From positions 1 through 34,660 of the forward strand of contig JAMJFV010000002.1 in the NCBI GenBank assembly GCA_023544495.1: a stretch of DNA of 34,660 bases, given 5' to 3'. The DNA is from ANME-2 cluster archaeon. GTDB lineage: Archaea; Halobacteriota; Methanosarcinia; Methanosarcinales; Methanocomedenaceae. The notes below the pieces were generated by a model. The model was not told the origin of the DNA and ran no database searches. It was given only the letters and a program-made list of their open reading frames with translations. Below are positions 25,427 through 33,871 of this stretch, in pieces; position 1 is the stretch's first letter; every line of letters starts with the position of its first letter. The translations under genes were made by a program, and so were the position numbers.

Positions 25427-26125
25427 TCAGTACCCCGGAAAATTTTCACTATGTATCATAGCGTCTTGAATTTTCAATGTCTTAAGAATTTCAATTGAAC
25501 TTGTTACCAGGGACGGTGGACCGCATACATAGAAAACACATTCTTTATAATCGGGTATCTCTTCTTCAATAATCTGAACGTCTATATGGCCTCTCCTTCC
25601 TTTCCATTTCTCATCCGGCTGGGACAGTGTATGGATTACCCTGAGGTTTTGATTTGCCTTTTCAAGGCGGTCCAACTCTTCCTTGAAAACTATGTTTTCT
25701 TCATTCCTGTTTCCGAATAAAAAAGTAATACGGGAGTTCATTCCCTTATCCGTGCAGTATTTAATCATGCTCCTGAGAGGCGTTATGCCGATGCCCCCTG
25801 TTATCATCACTACTCTGGGATATTCGCCTTTGAAGGTAAAATCTCCATAGGGAGCATTAAGGTATGCCCAGTCTCCGATTTTGAGCATGTCAAGAGCGAC
25901 TGAGAACTCATGGTCTGTGATCTTTTTTGTGAATTCAATGAACTCTTTTTCTGTCGGACTGCTTGATATCGTAAAATGCTTTGTGATTTTTTTACCCTCG
26001 TTCAGAATTGTTACGAATAAAAATTGACCGGGATCGTAGTCAAACCCCTTCGGTCTCCTGAACCTGAAGCTCTTTACATCTGGTGTCCGTTTTATTATCT
26101 CTTCCACTCTGGTTTCAAATTTCAT
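25427..26125 (-). CDS. FNR-like FAD/NAD(P)-binding oxidoreductase (PyrK/sulfhydrogenase-gamma type without the C-terminal Fe-S domain)
   Basis: Contains VKSFRFRRP..FDY.PGQFLFV, HFTISSSP (RxxS-like FAD site) and ITGGIGITPLRSM (the NAD(P) GGxGxxP motif). Confidence 0.8.
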   Translation of the reverse strand: MKFETRVEEIIKRTPDVKSFRFRRPKGFDYDPGQFLFVTILNEGKKITKHFTISSSPTEKEFIEFTKKITDHEFSVALDMLKIGDWAYLNAPYGDFTFKGEYPRVVMITGGIGITPLRSMIKYCTDKGMNSRITFLFGNRNEENIVFKEELDRLEKANQNLRVIHTLSQPDEKWKGRRGHIDVQIIEEEIPDYKECVFYVCGPPSLVTSSIEILKTLKIQDAMIHSENFPGY

Positions 26126-26128
26126 AAA

Positions 26129-26332
26129 TCAACCAACCTCTTTTCTACTGCTATCGAACTCTGCCGCTTCCTTCGCTAAAAAGTACCCCATCACCGTTCT
26201 GATGCTGACAGTAGCACCAAGGAAGAGAATCTCTTCCCGGCTGGGAGCAACAATCGTCCTCAAGATGTATGTGGACAAGAGCCCAGGGGGAAAACCTGAC
26301 TTTTTTGACCTTTTCTTAATGGGTACGACCAT
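26129..26332 (-). CDS. Hypothetical small protein (67 aa)
   Basis: It fills the gap between the GltB-like and FNR-like genes (18 nt and 3 nt spacers). No recognisable motif; it may not be translated. Confidence 0.3.
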   Translation of the reverse strand: MVVPIKKRSKKSGFPPGLLSTYILRTIVAPSREEILFLGATVSIRTVMGYFLAKEAAEFDSSRKEVG

Positions 26333-26350
26333 TGTATATGCCTCTATTCC

Positions 26351-27835
26351 CTAAACATGTGTGATCTCCGTATGATTTGAGATCTCAGAATTTGTCGTAC
26401 ACAGATCCTTTATGCTCAATTTATGCACATCATCATTTCCCGTCAATCGTGCAAAATCCTTTAATTCCTCCGTGGAAACCCTTAAAAAATTTTCCAATTT
26501 CTTGGCAGAGTACTCAACTTTTAACCTTCCCCTTAATTCCGGGTTATGTGTAGTGACGCCGACAGGGCATTTACCCGTGTCGCACAGCCTGTACTGCTGG
26601 CATGCGCATGCCATCAGCGCTGCAGTTCCTATTGCAACAGCGTCAGCCCCTAAAGCTAACGCTTTAATGAAATCCGAGGACACCCGAAGACCTCCTGTGA
26701 TAATAAGGGATATGTCTTTTATCCCTTTCCTGTCAAGATATTTCCTTGCCCTGTATAGGGCAAAAACAGTAGGTACTGACGTTGCCTGTTTTACGAACCT
26801 GGGCGAAGCCCCGGTTGCGCCCGGTCTTCCATCGATGGTTATAAAATCAGGTCCCGCATAGGTCGCTATTTCCAGGTCATCTTCTATATGACCTGCTGCG
26901 ATTTTTATCCCGATGGGCTTTCCATCGGATTTTTCTCTTAGCCAGTCCACTTTCTTTTTCAGATCATCCCTGTTTCTTATGTCTTCAAAATGAGACGGAC
27001 TCACAATATCGGTCCCTTCAGGGAAACCTCTGATTTCCGCAATCTCCTGGGTCACCTTCTCTGCAGGCAAATGACCTCCCATGCCTGGTTTTGACGACTG
27101 ACCGATCTTTATTTCTATGGCATCCACTTTCCTGAGGTTCTCATCAGTGACGCTGTACCTGTTGGGCACGTATTCAAAAATGTATCTATAGGCATTGTCA
27201 AGAGACTCCTTCATAATCCCGCCTTCTCCTGAACCCATGGCGGTTCTGGCAGCAGCGCTCCCTTTTGCTAAAGCAGTTTTAACTTCTTTTGACAGAGCGC
27301 CAAAAGACATATGGGTTACATAAATAGGTGTTTCGATTATAAGAGGATGCTTCGCCGCAGGACCTATTGTGGTTCTGGTATTCACAGGCTCGTCTTTATT
27401 TAAGGGAATTTTCGCCAGTTGAGCACCTTTTATCAGAATGTCATCCCATGAGAGCACATTTTTTGTCGTCCTCATTGGTTCGATGATTGACTCCCCGGTC
27501 ACGGAAATCGTATGGATATCCGCCATGTATATTTCCAGGTCATCCCTGTCCCGTTTCCATTCTGCCAGATATCCGCCCAGATCAATTTTAGCAGTGGAAA
27601 TTGTCACTTTATTTTTGGCTCCGCAATGGGGGCAGGTCATGATCTCATCTATCTGCGCAATCTCCTCTTCCTCTTTGACAGGCTTTAAGTGTGATTTATC
27701 CGACGCACAAATGGGGCACTTCCACTCATCAGGGAAGTCTTCAGGTTTTGTGCCGGGTTTTATCCCTGTAAGCGAGTTCCCCCGCGTATCATCATATTCG
27801 AAAACATTGCAAACATCGCATCTGTATTGTGTCAT
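26351..27835 (-). CDS. Rubredoxin-domain + zinc-ribbon + glutamate synthase FMN/Fe-S domain (GltB domain-2-like) protein
   Basis: N-terminus YRCDVCNVFEYDD...DFPDEWKCPICAS, then TCPHCGAKNK. The core has SSKPGMGGHLPAEKV, ITIDGRPGATGASP, TGGLRVSSDFIKALALGADAVAIGTA and the cluster motif CDTGKCPVGVTT. Confidence 0.85.
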   Translation of the reverse strand: MTQYRCDVCNVFEYDDTRGNSLTGIKPGTKPEDFPDEWKCPICASDKSHLKPVKEEEEIAQIDEIMTCPHCGAKNKVTISTAKIDLGGYLAEWKRDRDDLEIYMADIHTISVTGESIIEPMRTTKNVLSWDDILIKGAQLAKIPLNKDEPVNTRTTIGPAAKHPLIIETPIYVTHMSFGALSKEVKTALAKGSAAARTAMGSGEGGIMKESLDNAYRYIFEYVPNRYSVTDENLRKVDAIEIKIGQSSKPGMGGHLPAEKVTQEIAEIRGFPEGTDIVSPSHFEDIRNRDDLKKKVDWLREKSDGKPIGIKIAAGHIEDDLEIATYAGPDFITIDGRPGATGASPRFVKQATSVPTVFALYRARKYLDRKGIKDISLIITGGLRVSSDFIKALALGADAVAIGTAALMACACQQYRLCDTGKCPVGVTTHNPELRGRLKVEYSAKKLENFLRVSTEELKDFARLTGNDDVHKLSIKDLCTTNSEISNHTEITHV

Positions 27836-27854
27836 TTATATCTACTTCCTCGAA

Positions 27855-28844
27855 TCACCTGAAACCGATATATAATAAGGCGATCGCAAGAATGACAAAA
27901 AGCGCTGAGAGCACTTTTTCCAGAACTGCGGTATTCATTCTTGCTGCGACATACGGTGCAAGCTGACCGCCGATTATGACCGCAGGAACTGTCATGGCAA
28001 TAATGTTCCACGGTGTCTCTACACCCCCAGTTGCAGACGCCCTTAAAAGATGTGCGGTTGACGCCACAATGGCTGTTCCCGCCACGATAATATGATTTGT
28101 TCCGACTCCTACTTTAGCCGGAATGCCCGAGATGATCATTGAAACCACGCCCATTTCCCCGATTCCGAACCCCGACACCCCCTGGAATATACCTCCCAGA
28201 GAATACCCGAACAGCCTGGTCCTGTATGCACACCTGCAGTAATTGTAAACTTTTCCATTCCTGTCTGTAAGTGTTACATTTTCTGGAGTTGCCTTATGTT
28301 GATGTGTGACGGTAAGGCTTTTTTTGGATGCCAGTTCTTCCCCAAATGCCCTGATCCTTTCAGCATGCCCTAAAGAATAGACTGAAATAAGCAATGCAAA
28401 GCTTATGAGAAAATAGATGATTTTTTCCGGGAAATAGAAGGATACAACTGAAGAAATTATAACCACAGGCACCGCTCCGGTAAGAGAGCGAAAAGCCATT
28501 TTCTTATCTACGAGGCCAAATCGCATAAAGGCAAAAGTGGAACTTGATATCCCGAAGGATTCGGTTATCAATCCCAGCATCACGCTCTGCCCCGGAGTGA
28601 GCCCGAATGCAAGTGCAGGGAATACGAGTGCAAAAAAAGGGACAAAAAGGGCCGCGCCGCTTATGCCCACCGTATTTACGACAGTTGCGATCACGATGGC
28701 AACAGGGAACATCCACCAGAATTCAGTCCAGTAACCAGCATCACTCTTGACAATACCTGTCAGGATAAAAAGAAAAATCGGGATTATGAGAAGAATTAAA
28801 TAATTCTCGTATTCAAGTGCTTTATCTGATATTCGCTTTAGCAT
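27855..28844 (-). CDS. TauE/SafE (TSUP) family anion permease
   Basis: A multi-TM protein with two internally similar halves: GISGAALFVPFFALVFP..., GLITESFG, and GFGIGEMGVVSMI in the second half. A roughly 50-aa hydrophilic loop with Cys/His residues links them. Confidence 0.8.
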   Translation of the reverse strand: MLKRISDKALEYENYLILLIIPIFLFILTGIVKSDAGYWTEFWWMFPVAIVIATVVNTVGISGAALFVPFFALVFPALAFGLTPGQSVMLGLITESFGISSSTFAFMRFGLVDKKMAFRSLTGAVPVVIISSVVSFYFPEKIIYFLISFALLISVYSLGHAERIRAFGEELASKKSLTVTHQHKATPENVTLTDRNGKVYNYCRCAYRTRLFGYSLGGIFQGVSGFGIGEMGVVSMIISGIPAKVGVGTNHIIVAGTAIVASTAHLLRASATGGVETPWNIIAMTVPAVIIGGQLAPYVAARMNTAVLEKVLSALFVILAIALLYIGFR

Positions 28845-28929
28845 GAAATCGTTACTTTTTGATACTACAAACTCTCATTTATCCCGCCAGAGTGCGATTG
28901 TAATTTAACTTTCACTCTTCTCAAGCTTC

Positions 28930-29034
28930 TTATTTGGACTTTTCATGTTCTTTTTTTGCGTGCTCCATTAGCTCTGATTCAGACTCAAATGTAGCACCGC
29001 ACATATTACACTTGTATTGCTTTTCTTCAGCCAT
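28930..29034 (-). CDS. Micro-protein (34 aa) with a classical C2H2 zinc-finger pattern
   Basis: Not in the ORF track (under 60 aa). SD site gggaggtgacaagatATG. MAEEKQYKCNMCGATFESESELMEHAKKEHEKSK fits Y-x-C-x2-C-x3-F-x5-L-x2-H-x4-H exactly. Confidence 0.55.
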   Translation of the reverse strand: MAEEKQYKCNMCGATFESESELMEHAKKEHEKSK

Positions 29035-29129
29035 ATCTTGTCACCTCCCTTTGGCAGCAGTAGCTTTTCATTGCGATATATTATATTCCCTCACTGATAT
29101 TTAACGCACATTTGCATTAAGTCCTATTT

Positions 29130-29363
29130 TCACGGTGCTTTCCCAATATCACAGAAGTACATATCCTTCAGCTTATATCTGGCATATACCATACAAGCAG
29201 GGCATTTACAGCCTTTTTTTACGATTTTTTCTGGCGATTTACCCCTTGCACAGAACAGCATTGGCTGCTGGGGATACGGCAGACTTGGACAGGTTCCGCA
29301 GTAATTCATGCAGATAGCCAGATTTTCCTTTGTATCATCAACTGGCATTTCAAATACCTCCAA
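29130..29363 (-). CDS. DUF2769-type cysteine-rich protein (second copy)
   Basis: ICMNYCGTCPS....MLFCA.....KKGCKCPACMVY......MYFC shows the same Cys spacing as 17372..17659. Confidence 0.7.
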   Translation of the reverse strand: MEVFEMPVDDTKENLAICMNYCGTCPSLPYPQQPMLFCARGKSPEKIVKKGCKCPACMVYARYKLKDMYFCDIGKAP

Positions 29364-29375
29364 AAGAATTAAAAA

Positions 29376-29888
29376 TCACATCAGCATTTTCTTAAACATA
29401 TTCCGGACCATCATTCTCTTCAGGATGAAATAATCCTGTGTAGCAGCCATCATCGCACGCTTTTCCATCATCTTCCTATCTTCAGGCCACGCTGACATTA
29501 TTTTCTTCAAAGCTCCCATCAGGATTTCTCTCTTTTCTTTTGGAAGTTTTGTAATTTGATCGGTCCTGGTTTTAACAACCTTGATCCTGTCTTCTTCAGA
29601 CAGTTCTGATATCCCGTCGAGCATGTCGGTTATTGCGGCTATCCTTTTGTCTTCTGGCAGAACGGAAAATTGCTCCATCCGTGCCCCCAGGATCTGACGT
29701 CTGTCTTCCTCGGGTTTTGATGCCAGCATTTGCATCATGTCGGTTATTTGTGCGAGCTTTTCAGCTTTTGCCTTGCGTTCCTGGCATGCAGGGCACTTCT
29801 CAAAATGTTCTTCGAAAGACGCTGCATCTTTACCGGCACATTCTTCACATTCTTTTGCTAACTTTTCTAATTCTTCTCTTGCAGTCAT
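29376..29888 (-). CDS. Helical-repeat protein with an N-terminal CxxC...CxxC site, hypothetical
   Basis: CEECAGK...FEKCPACQ, then repeated about 25-aa helical units marked by KPEEDR / LPEDKR / LSEEDR / LPKEKR / WPEDRK. It ends 12 nt before the DUF2769 gene. Confidence 0.55.
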   Translation of the reverse strand: MTAREELEKLAKECEECAGKDAASFEEHFEKCPACQERKAKAEKLAQITDMMQMLASKPEEDRRQILGARMEQFSVLPEDKRIAAITDMLDGISELSEEDRIKVVKTRTDQITKLPKEKREILMGALKKIMSAWPEDRKMMEKRAMMAATQDYFILKRMMVRNMFKKMLM

Positions 29889-29955
29889 AAAATAATTCGC
29901 CCCTAAGTGATATTTGCAGTTTTTATGATATATAGTTTCTTATATTATTTTTTCC

Positions 29956-30036
29956 TCAGCAATCCTTGAATTTCTTTCCTGATCCACATGTGTCATCCGG
30001 TGCAAGGGTCTTTTTTGGTGTGCAACATCCAGCCAT
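29956..30036 (-). CDS. Micro-ORF (26 aa) with a SEC-C-like metal-binding motif
   Basis: SD site ggaggtaagacaaatATG. MAGCCTPKKTLAPDDTCGSGKKFKDC; the CGSGKKFK.C part resembles the SecA C-terminal SEC-C motif. Coding status is unproven. Confidence 0.4.
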   Translation of the reverse strand: MAGCCTPKKTLAPDDTCGSGKKFKDC

Positions 30037-30172
30037 ATTTGTCTTACCTCCATTTATGCATCTTTTTTTGACATTGGTACAAATTACATCATACATGATA
30101 ACTCTCTGTATGTCGTGAGTAAAATAAGCACAAGCAAACTGAAAAATTCAAAACATTATTGGGAGGTAAAAT

Positions 30173-30532
30173 ATGGCTGAACCAAAAATATTGATAGTAT
30201 ATGCATCGAGAACAGGTAACACGGAAAAACTCGCACAGGCGGTCGCTGAAGGGGCAAGGAGTGCTGGCGGGGTCAGTGTCGAGTTGAAGAGAGCAAGGGA
30301 TACTAAACCCTCAGATGCAGATGCTGACGCTTTTGCATTTTGGTCTCATTCGGCTTTTGAATATATGGCAGGGGAGCTTAAAAGCCTATTTGAAGATTTT
30401 TATATTGTAAGGGATAAACTGGCAGGCAAACCTGTACTGCTTTTCACCACAGGACAGGGAGGGCAGAGTTCGACTCTGGCATCGATAGACAGGGACGTGG
30501 GTGTATTCAATCCGGGTCAGGACTGGTATTAA
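30173..30532 (+). CDS. Flavodoxin-family protein (short, 119 aa)
   Basis: SD site gggaggtaaaatATG. KILIVYASRTGNTEKLAQAVAEG is the FMN phosphate-binding loop T/S-x-T-G-x-T. The C-terminal third looks divergent or possibly truncated. Confidence 0.7.
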   Translation: MAEPKILIVYASRTGNTEKLAQAVAEGARSAGGVSVELKRARDTKPSDADADAFAFWSHSAFEYMAGELKSLFEDFYIVRDKLAGKPVLLFTTGQGGQSSTLASIDRDVGVFNPGQDWY

Positions 30533-30533
30533 A

Positions 30534-31178
30534 TTATTTAATTATTTTAATAAATCCATCTCTGATTTTATGCCCTATTTCATTTGCTATCTCAATGACA
30601 TCCTTCTGGTCTTCTATAGTCGTATATTTATCCTTCGAAGGCACAGCACCTTTGCTGAACAATAACGGAACTGCGCTTATCTTGCAGGTACCTCCATATC
30701 CGCATGAAAGACATGAGACGTTCCCGGTTCCGCTGAGCTTACCGATGACATTAATTCCTTCCATTTCCATAAAAGCAGCAATCTGATCCATGGCATGATC
30801 TACACTTGGTATTCCTCGTCCAATCCCGACTGCCACAGCTACTCCAATTTTACCTTTATTTAGCATTTTTTGATGATGCATGGAGTACATCCGTTCTGTC
30901 AGCATCTTAGTTCTTGAGTCAAGAGTGCCGTAAGTAGGATAGCCACCAATAATTAGAGCAGCACATTCTTTGATCTTATTTTCGATTATATACCAGTCGT
31001 CCTGCTGCTTGCAGATGTTGTCCCCGGCACAGCCAAGACATGCCCTGCATGGATGGATATCGTACTCTGAAAGTTTAATAAATTCATAATCAAGGCCTGT
31101 AGCTTCAAGCACTGTTTTAATCAGCCTGTCGGTATTGCTGTTTTTAACCGGACTCCCGCTTATTCCTAACACTTGCAT
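30534..31178 (-). CDS. isf: Iron-sulfur flavoprotein (Isf family, NADPH-dependent FMN reductase fold)
   Basis: MQVLGISGSP.KNSNTD, the compact cluster motif CRACLGCAGDNIC (CX2CX2CX5C), and IIGGYPTY. Confidence 0.85.
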   Translation of the reverse strand: MQVLGISGSPVKNSNTDRLIKTVLEATGLDYEFIKLSEYDIHPCRACLGCAGDNICKQQDDWYIIENKIKECAALIIGGYPTYGTLDSRTKMLTERMYSMHHQKMLNKGKIGVAVAVGIGRGIPSVDHAMDQIAAFMEMEGINVIGKLSGTGNVSCLSCGYGGTCKISAVPLLFSKGAVPSKDKYTTIEDQKDVIEIANEIGHKIRDGFIKIIK

Positions 31179-31906
31179 TTTGAATCGCCTGCTATCATTT
31201 TGCTGTTCTCTATTCTCTCTTTGATCAGCTTTCCGATCCTCTGCGCCTCAGCCATTACCAGGAGTTCATCCTTAACCGACCTGTAGCTTTTCAGGAATTT
31301 AGCAGAGCCATGTGCATATGGCTTGTTATCAGGGAGAAGTTCAAGATACCCCTTGTACGCCTCCTCAACGCCCAACTCCATGCCTGTCAGTTCTTTCGAG
31401 TAGGCATTCCAGACAGTATAATTGCATGTCTCACCCGGTCCGCAAACAAAACAGCACGGTGTTCCTTTGGCTGTCATGCTGCCTACTATTTCCATCCCTC
31501 CGGCACGAAGGGCATTTCCCATCCACTCTGCAACCATCTTTTCAGCAGCAACCCCTACAGCCACTGTCGCTACGATTTTTCCGCGCATCAGGAGTTTTAC
31601 ATGCCTCTTAGAATACAGCCTCTCTATAAACGCTTTCATAAAAGCGCTTGCAGCACCATAGTATGTTGGCGACCCGACCACGATAGCATCTGCTTCCATG
31701 ACTTTCTTTGAGAGCCACTTGAAATGATCGTTGAGGACGCATTCATTGGTCTGGACACATTTCATGCATGCTATGCAGGGACCTACATTTATTTCCGATA
31801 ATTTGACAAATTCAGTCTCTGCACCCGTAGCATCAAGTATTGCATTTATCAATGCATCAGTATTGCTATTCTCTGTGGGACTTCCACTCACTCCAAGAAC
31901 TTTCAT
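31166..31906 (-). CDS. isf: Iron-sulfur flavoprotein paralogue (Isf family)
   Basis: MKVLGVSGSP.ENSNTD, CIACMKCVQTNEC (CX2CX2CX5C), and VVGSPTYYG. It overlaps the downstream isf by 13 nt. Confidence 0.85.
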   Translation of the reverse strand: MKVLGVSGSPTENSNTDALINAILDATGAETEFVKLSEINVGPCIACMKCVQTNECVLNDHFKWLSKKVMEADAIVVGSPTYYGAASAFMKAFIERLYSKRHVKLLMRGKIVATVAVGVAAEKMVAEWMGNALRAGGMEIVGSMTAKGTPCCFVCGPGETCNYTVWNAYSKELTGMELGVEEAYKGYLELLPDNKPYAHGSAKFLKSYRSVKDELLVMAEAQRIGKLIKERIENSKMIAGDSKCKC

Positions 31907-31971
31907 TTCCTACACCTCTTCGAAATTAATTTTTTATCTAAGTAAGCGGTACAGCGAGTGAATCCAGGAAT

Positions 31972-32172
31972 TTATTGTAGCCTGTGAACAATTCCATCAC
32001 TCCAAGCACTTCTACGATCTGGCTCTCTGTAATCCCATCCGCAACCTGATTTGCATGTGGTATTTGCGCCGTCCGGGAATGCTGCAAGGAGTTGTTCCGG
32101 AGTCTTTATCGGGAACTTCCCACCTGCAAGTCCTCCAACGATCTGGGCATGGATTTCATCTTGGACGCTCAT
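31972..32172 (-). CDS. MTH865-like small protein whose C-terminal third appears replaced; possibly a relic
   Basis: [37 protein letters not shown] resembles the MTH865 family N-terminal half as I remember it. The tail [14 protein letters not shown]... does not. An AhpD/CMD-like tail is readable in another frame over the same bases. Confidence 0.4.
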   Translation of the reverse strand: MSVQDEIHAQIVGGLAGGKFPIKTPEQLLAAFPDGANTTCKSGCGWDYREPDRRSAWSDGIVHRLQ

Positions 32173-32333
32173 GCTTCTTCCTCCAACATTGCTTTTATGT
32201 CACCTGTTGTTTTTGAGATCGGGCAGCCGGAACCATGTGTTTCACATTTGAAACATGCGCTCTTTACGGCAGCTAATGACTTTTGAGCTTCTTCTTTTGT
32301 CACACTTTTGTTTGTATATTTCCATTCAGGCAT
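32169..32333 (-). CDS. Small Cys-containing protein (54 aa), hypothetical
   Basis: Not in the ORF track. [54 protein letters not shown]. Its stop overlaps the next start (ATGA at 32169-32172). Confidence 0.4.
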   Translation of the reverse strand: MPEWKYTNKSVTKEEAQKSLAAVKSACFKCETHGSGCPISKTTGDIKAMLEEEA

Positions 32334-32480
32334 TTATTTCACCTCAATAACAGATTGTCAGGTTATTTAGATATATTTAGCCGTCATAAAAATATACCAA
32401 CTACATTTTAATATACAAACATAACCTTCAAGGTTTTAATAGAAACCTTTTTAGCCTGATACGACAAAACAACTTCTCAT

Positions 32481-33230
32481 ATGGCTAATAAAAGAGAGAG
32501 TTCTCACAGGGAAATCCTCGAAATAAAAGAAAAGCTGTATGAGATGCACAATGACCTGAAAAGATTTATGGAGAAGTCAAGCCAGCAGCACCTTGAACAT
32601 GTTCTTTCAGGTTCCCGTACTAATTTTACGAATGCGATCATCGGGCATGTTCTTGACGATATCGAGGGAGGTCTTGAAAGTAATATGGTTAAAAAATGCG
32701 AGATGAGGGAGACTTGTAAATCAAACTTCACAGGATTCCTGCACAATAATGCAAACCTGATAAAACAGGATGAAGTTCATGAAGATGTTATTTTGAAAAA
32801 CCAGTCAGATTTAACCGATATGAGGAGCAATTCACCCTCGAAGCAGTGCGAAAAATGTTTTTCAAATGTCCAGAACCTCTTTGGAAAACAGATAAGTTTG
32901 ATGCGTTCTCTTCGAATCTATAATGCAAATGGAGAAAAAAAAGAGGAGATCCCCACTGTTCCAGAAGAATTCATAGTCGATGTATTTGAGCCACTATCCA
33001 ATAAACAACGCCTGCAAATACTGAAAGCAATAGCAATAGAAACAAAAACATTTTCTTCACTTTCAGAACTTACAGGGCTTCGCGGAGGGAATTTACTTTT
33101 CCATTTGCAGAAACTGCTTGACAGCGGAATGATCTTACAGCGCCATGAGCGGGGGGACTACATGATCACAGATAAGGGATTCAAGGTCTTGAGAAGTATA
33201 GGTGATATGTATTCCGTATTGAACTCTTGA
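32481..33230 (+). CDS. ArsR-type winged-helix regulator with a long Cys-containing N-terminal domain
   Basis: The C-terminal LSNKQRLQILKAIAIETKTFSSLSELTGLRGGNLLFHLQKLLDSGMI is an ArsR/SmtB-type HTH. The N-terminal 160 aa carries CEMRETC and CEKC. Confidence 0.7.
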   Translation: MANKRESSHREILEIKEKLYEMHNDLKRFMEKSSQQHLEHVLSGSRTNFTNAIIGHVLDDIEGGLESNMVKKCEMRETCKSNFTGFLHNNANLIKQDEVHEDVILKNQSDLTDMRSNSPSKQCEKCFSNVQNLFGKQISLMRSLRIYNANGEKKEEIPTVPEEFIVDVFEPLSNKQRLQILKAIAIETKTFSSLSELTGLRGGNLLFHLQKLLDSGMILQRHERGDYMITDKGFKVLRSIGDMYSVLNS

Positions 33231-33264
33231 AGTTATACATAGTATTCAATAATAAGGTGAAGTT

Positions 33265-33783
33265 ATGGATTCTTTGAATATTGAAAAGAAGATAGAATTC
33301 CAGACCGTGGAAGAACTTATGATGGCCCCCGAGCCTAATTTTAATGATGTCATACGATGCGTTTTTAAGATAAAGGATTATGAGATAGAGGTCTATTTTT
33401 ATCTTCTCGATCATCCCGAATCTACCATTTCTGAAGTATCAGAGTCTCTTAAAAAGGATAGAAGTTCTATCCAGCGTTCGATCCAGACATTAAAGGATAA
33501 AGGTATGATAAACCGAAAATTCAGGGTGTTCAGGGTGGGCGGTTTTACATACATTTACATTGCATTACCGCTTGAAGAAACAAAGAAAATCATGGAACGT
33601 GAGCTTCAAATCTGGTATAATATGATGAACGGACTTGTAACGAGTTTTGAAAAAAGTGGCTCATCGCTATTATGTATGGGTACTTATATCAGCGATGGCA
33701 CTACAACTGTATATGACGTAACTACCGGCGCTATGGCCACAGTAGATGGTTATATTCCGCATGCATCAGCAGTGATCTGGTAA
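33265..33783 (+). CDS. TrmB/MarR-like winged-helix regulator
   Basis: YEIEVYFYLLDHPESTISEVSESLKKDRSSIQRSIQTLKDKGMINRK is a TrmB-type N-terminal HTH. Confidence 0.6.
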   Translation: MDSLNIEKKIEFQTVEELMMAPEPNFNDVIRCVFKIKDYEIEVYFYLLDHPESTISEVSESLKKDRSSIQRSIQTLKDKGMINRKFRVFRVGGFTYIYIALPLEETKKIMERELQIWYNMMNGLVTSFEKSGSSLLCMGTYISDGTTTVYDVTTGAMATVDGYIPHASAVIW

Positions 33784-33785
33784 GG

Positions 33786-33814
33786 GGGAAAACATTTTTC
33801 CCTTTTATTTTTTT
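33786..33814 (+). terminator. Hairpin plus T-tract terminator candidate
   Basis: GGGAAAA-CAT-TTTTCCC is followed immediately by TTTTATTTTTTT, directly after the stop of the TrmB-like gene. Confidence 0.45.
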
Positions 33815-33871
33815 AAAATCGTGCTATGGAAAAATAACTGAAAGGGAAAGAAATAACAAGGAATGGTTTGA

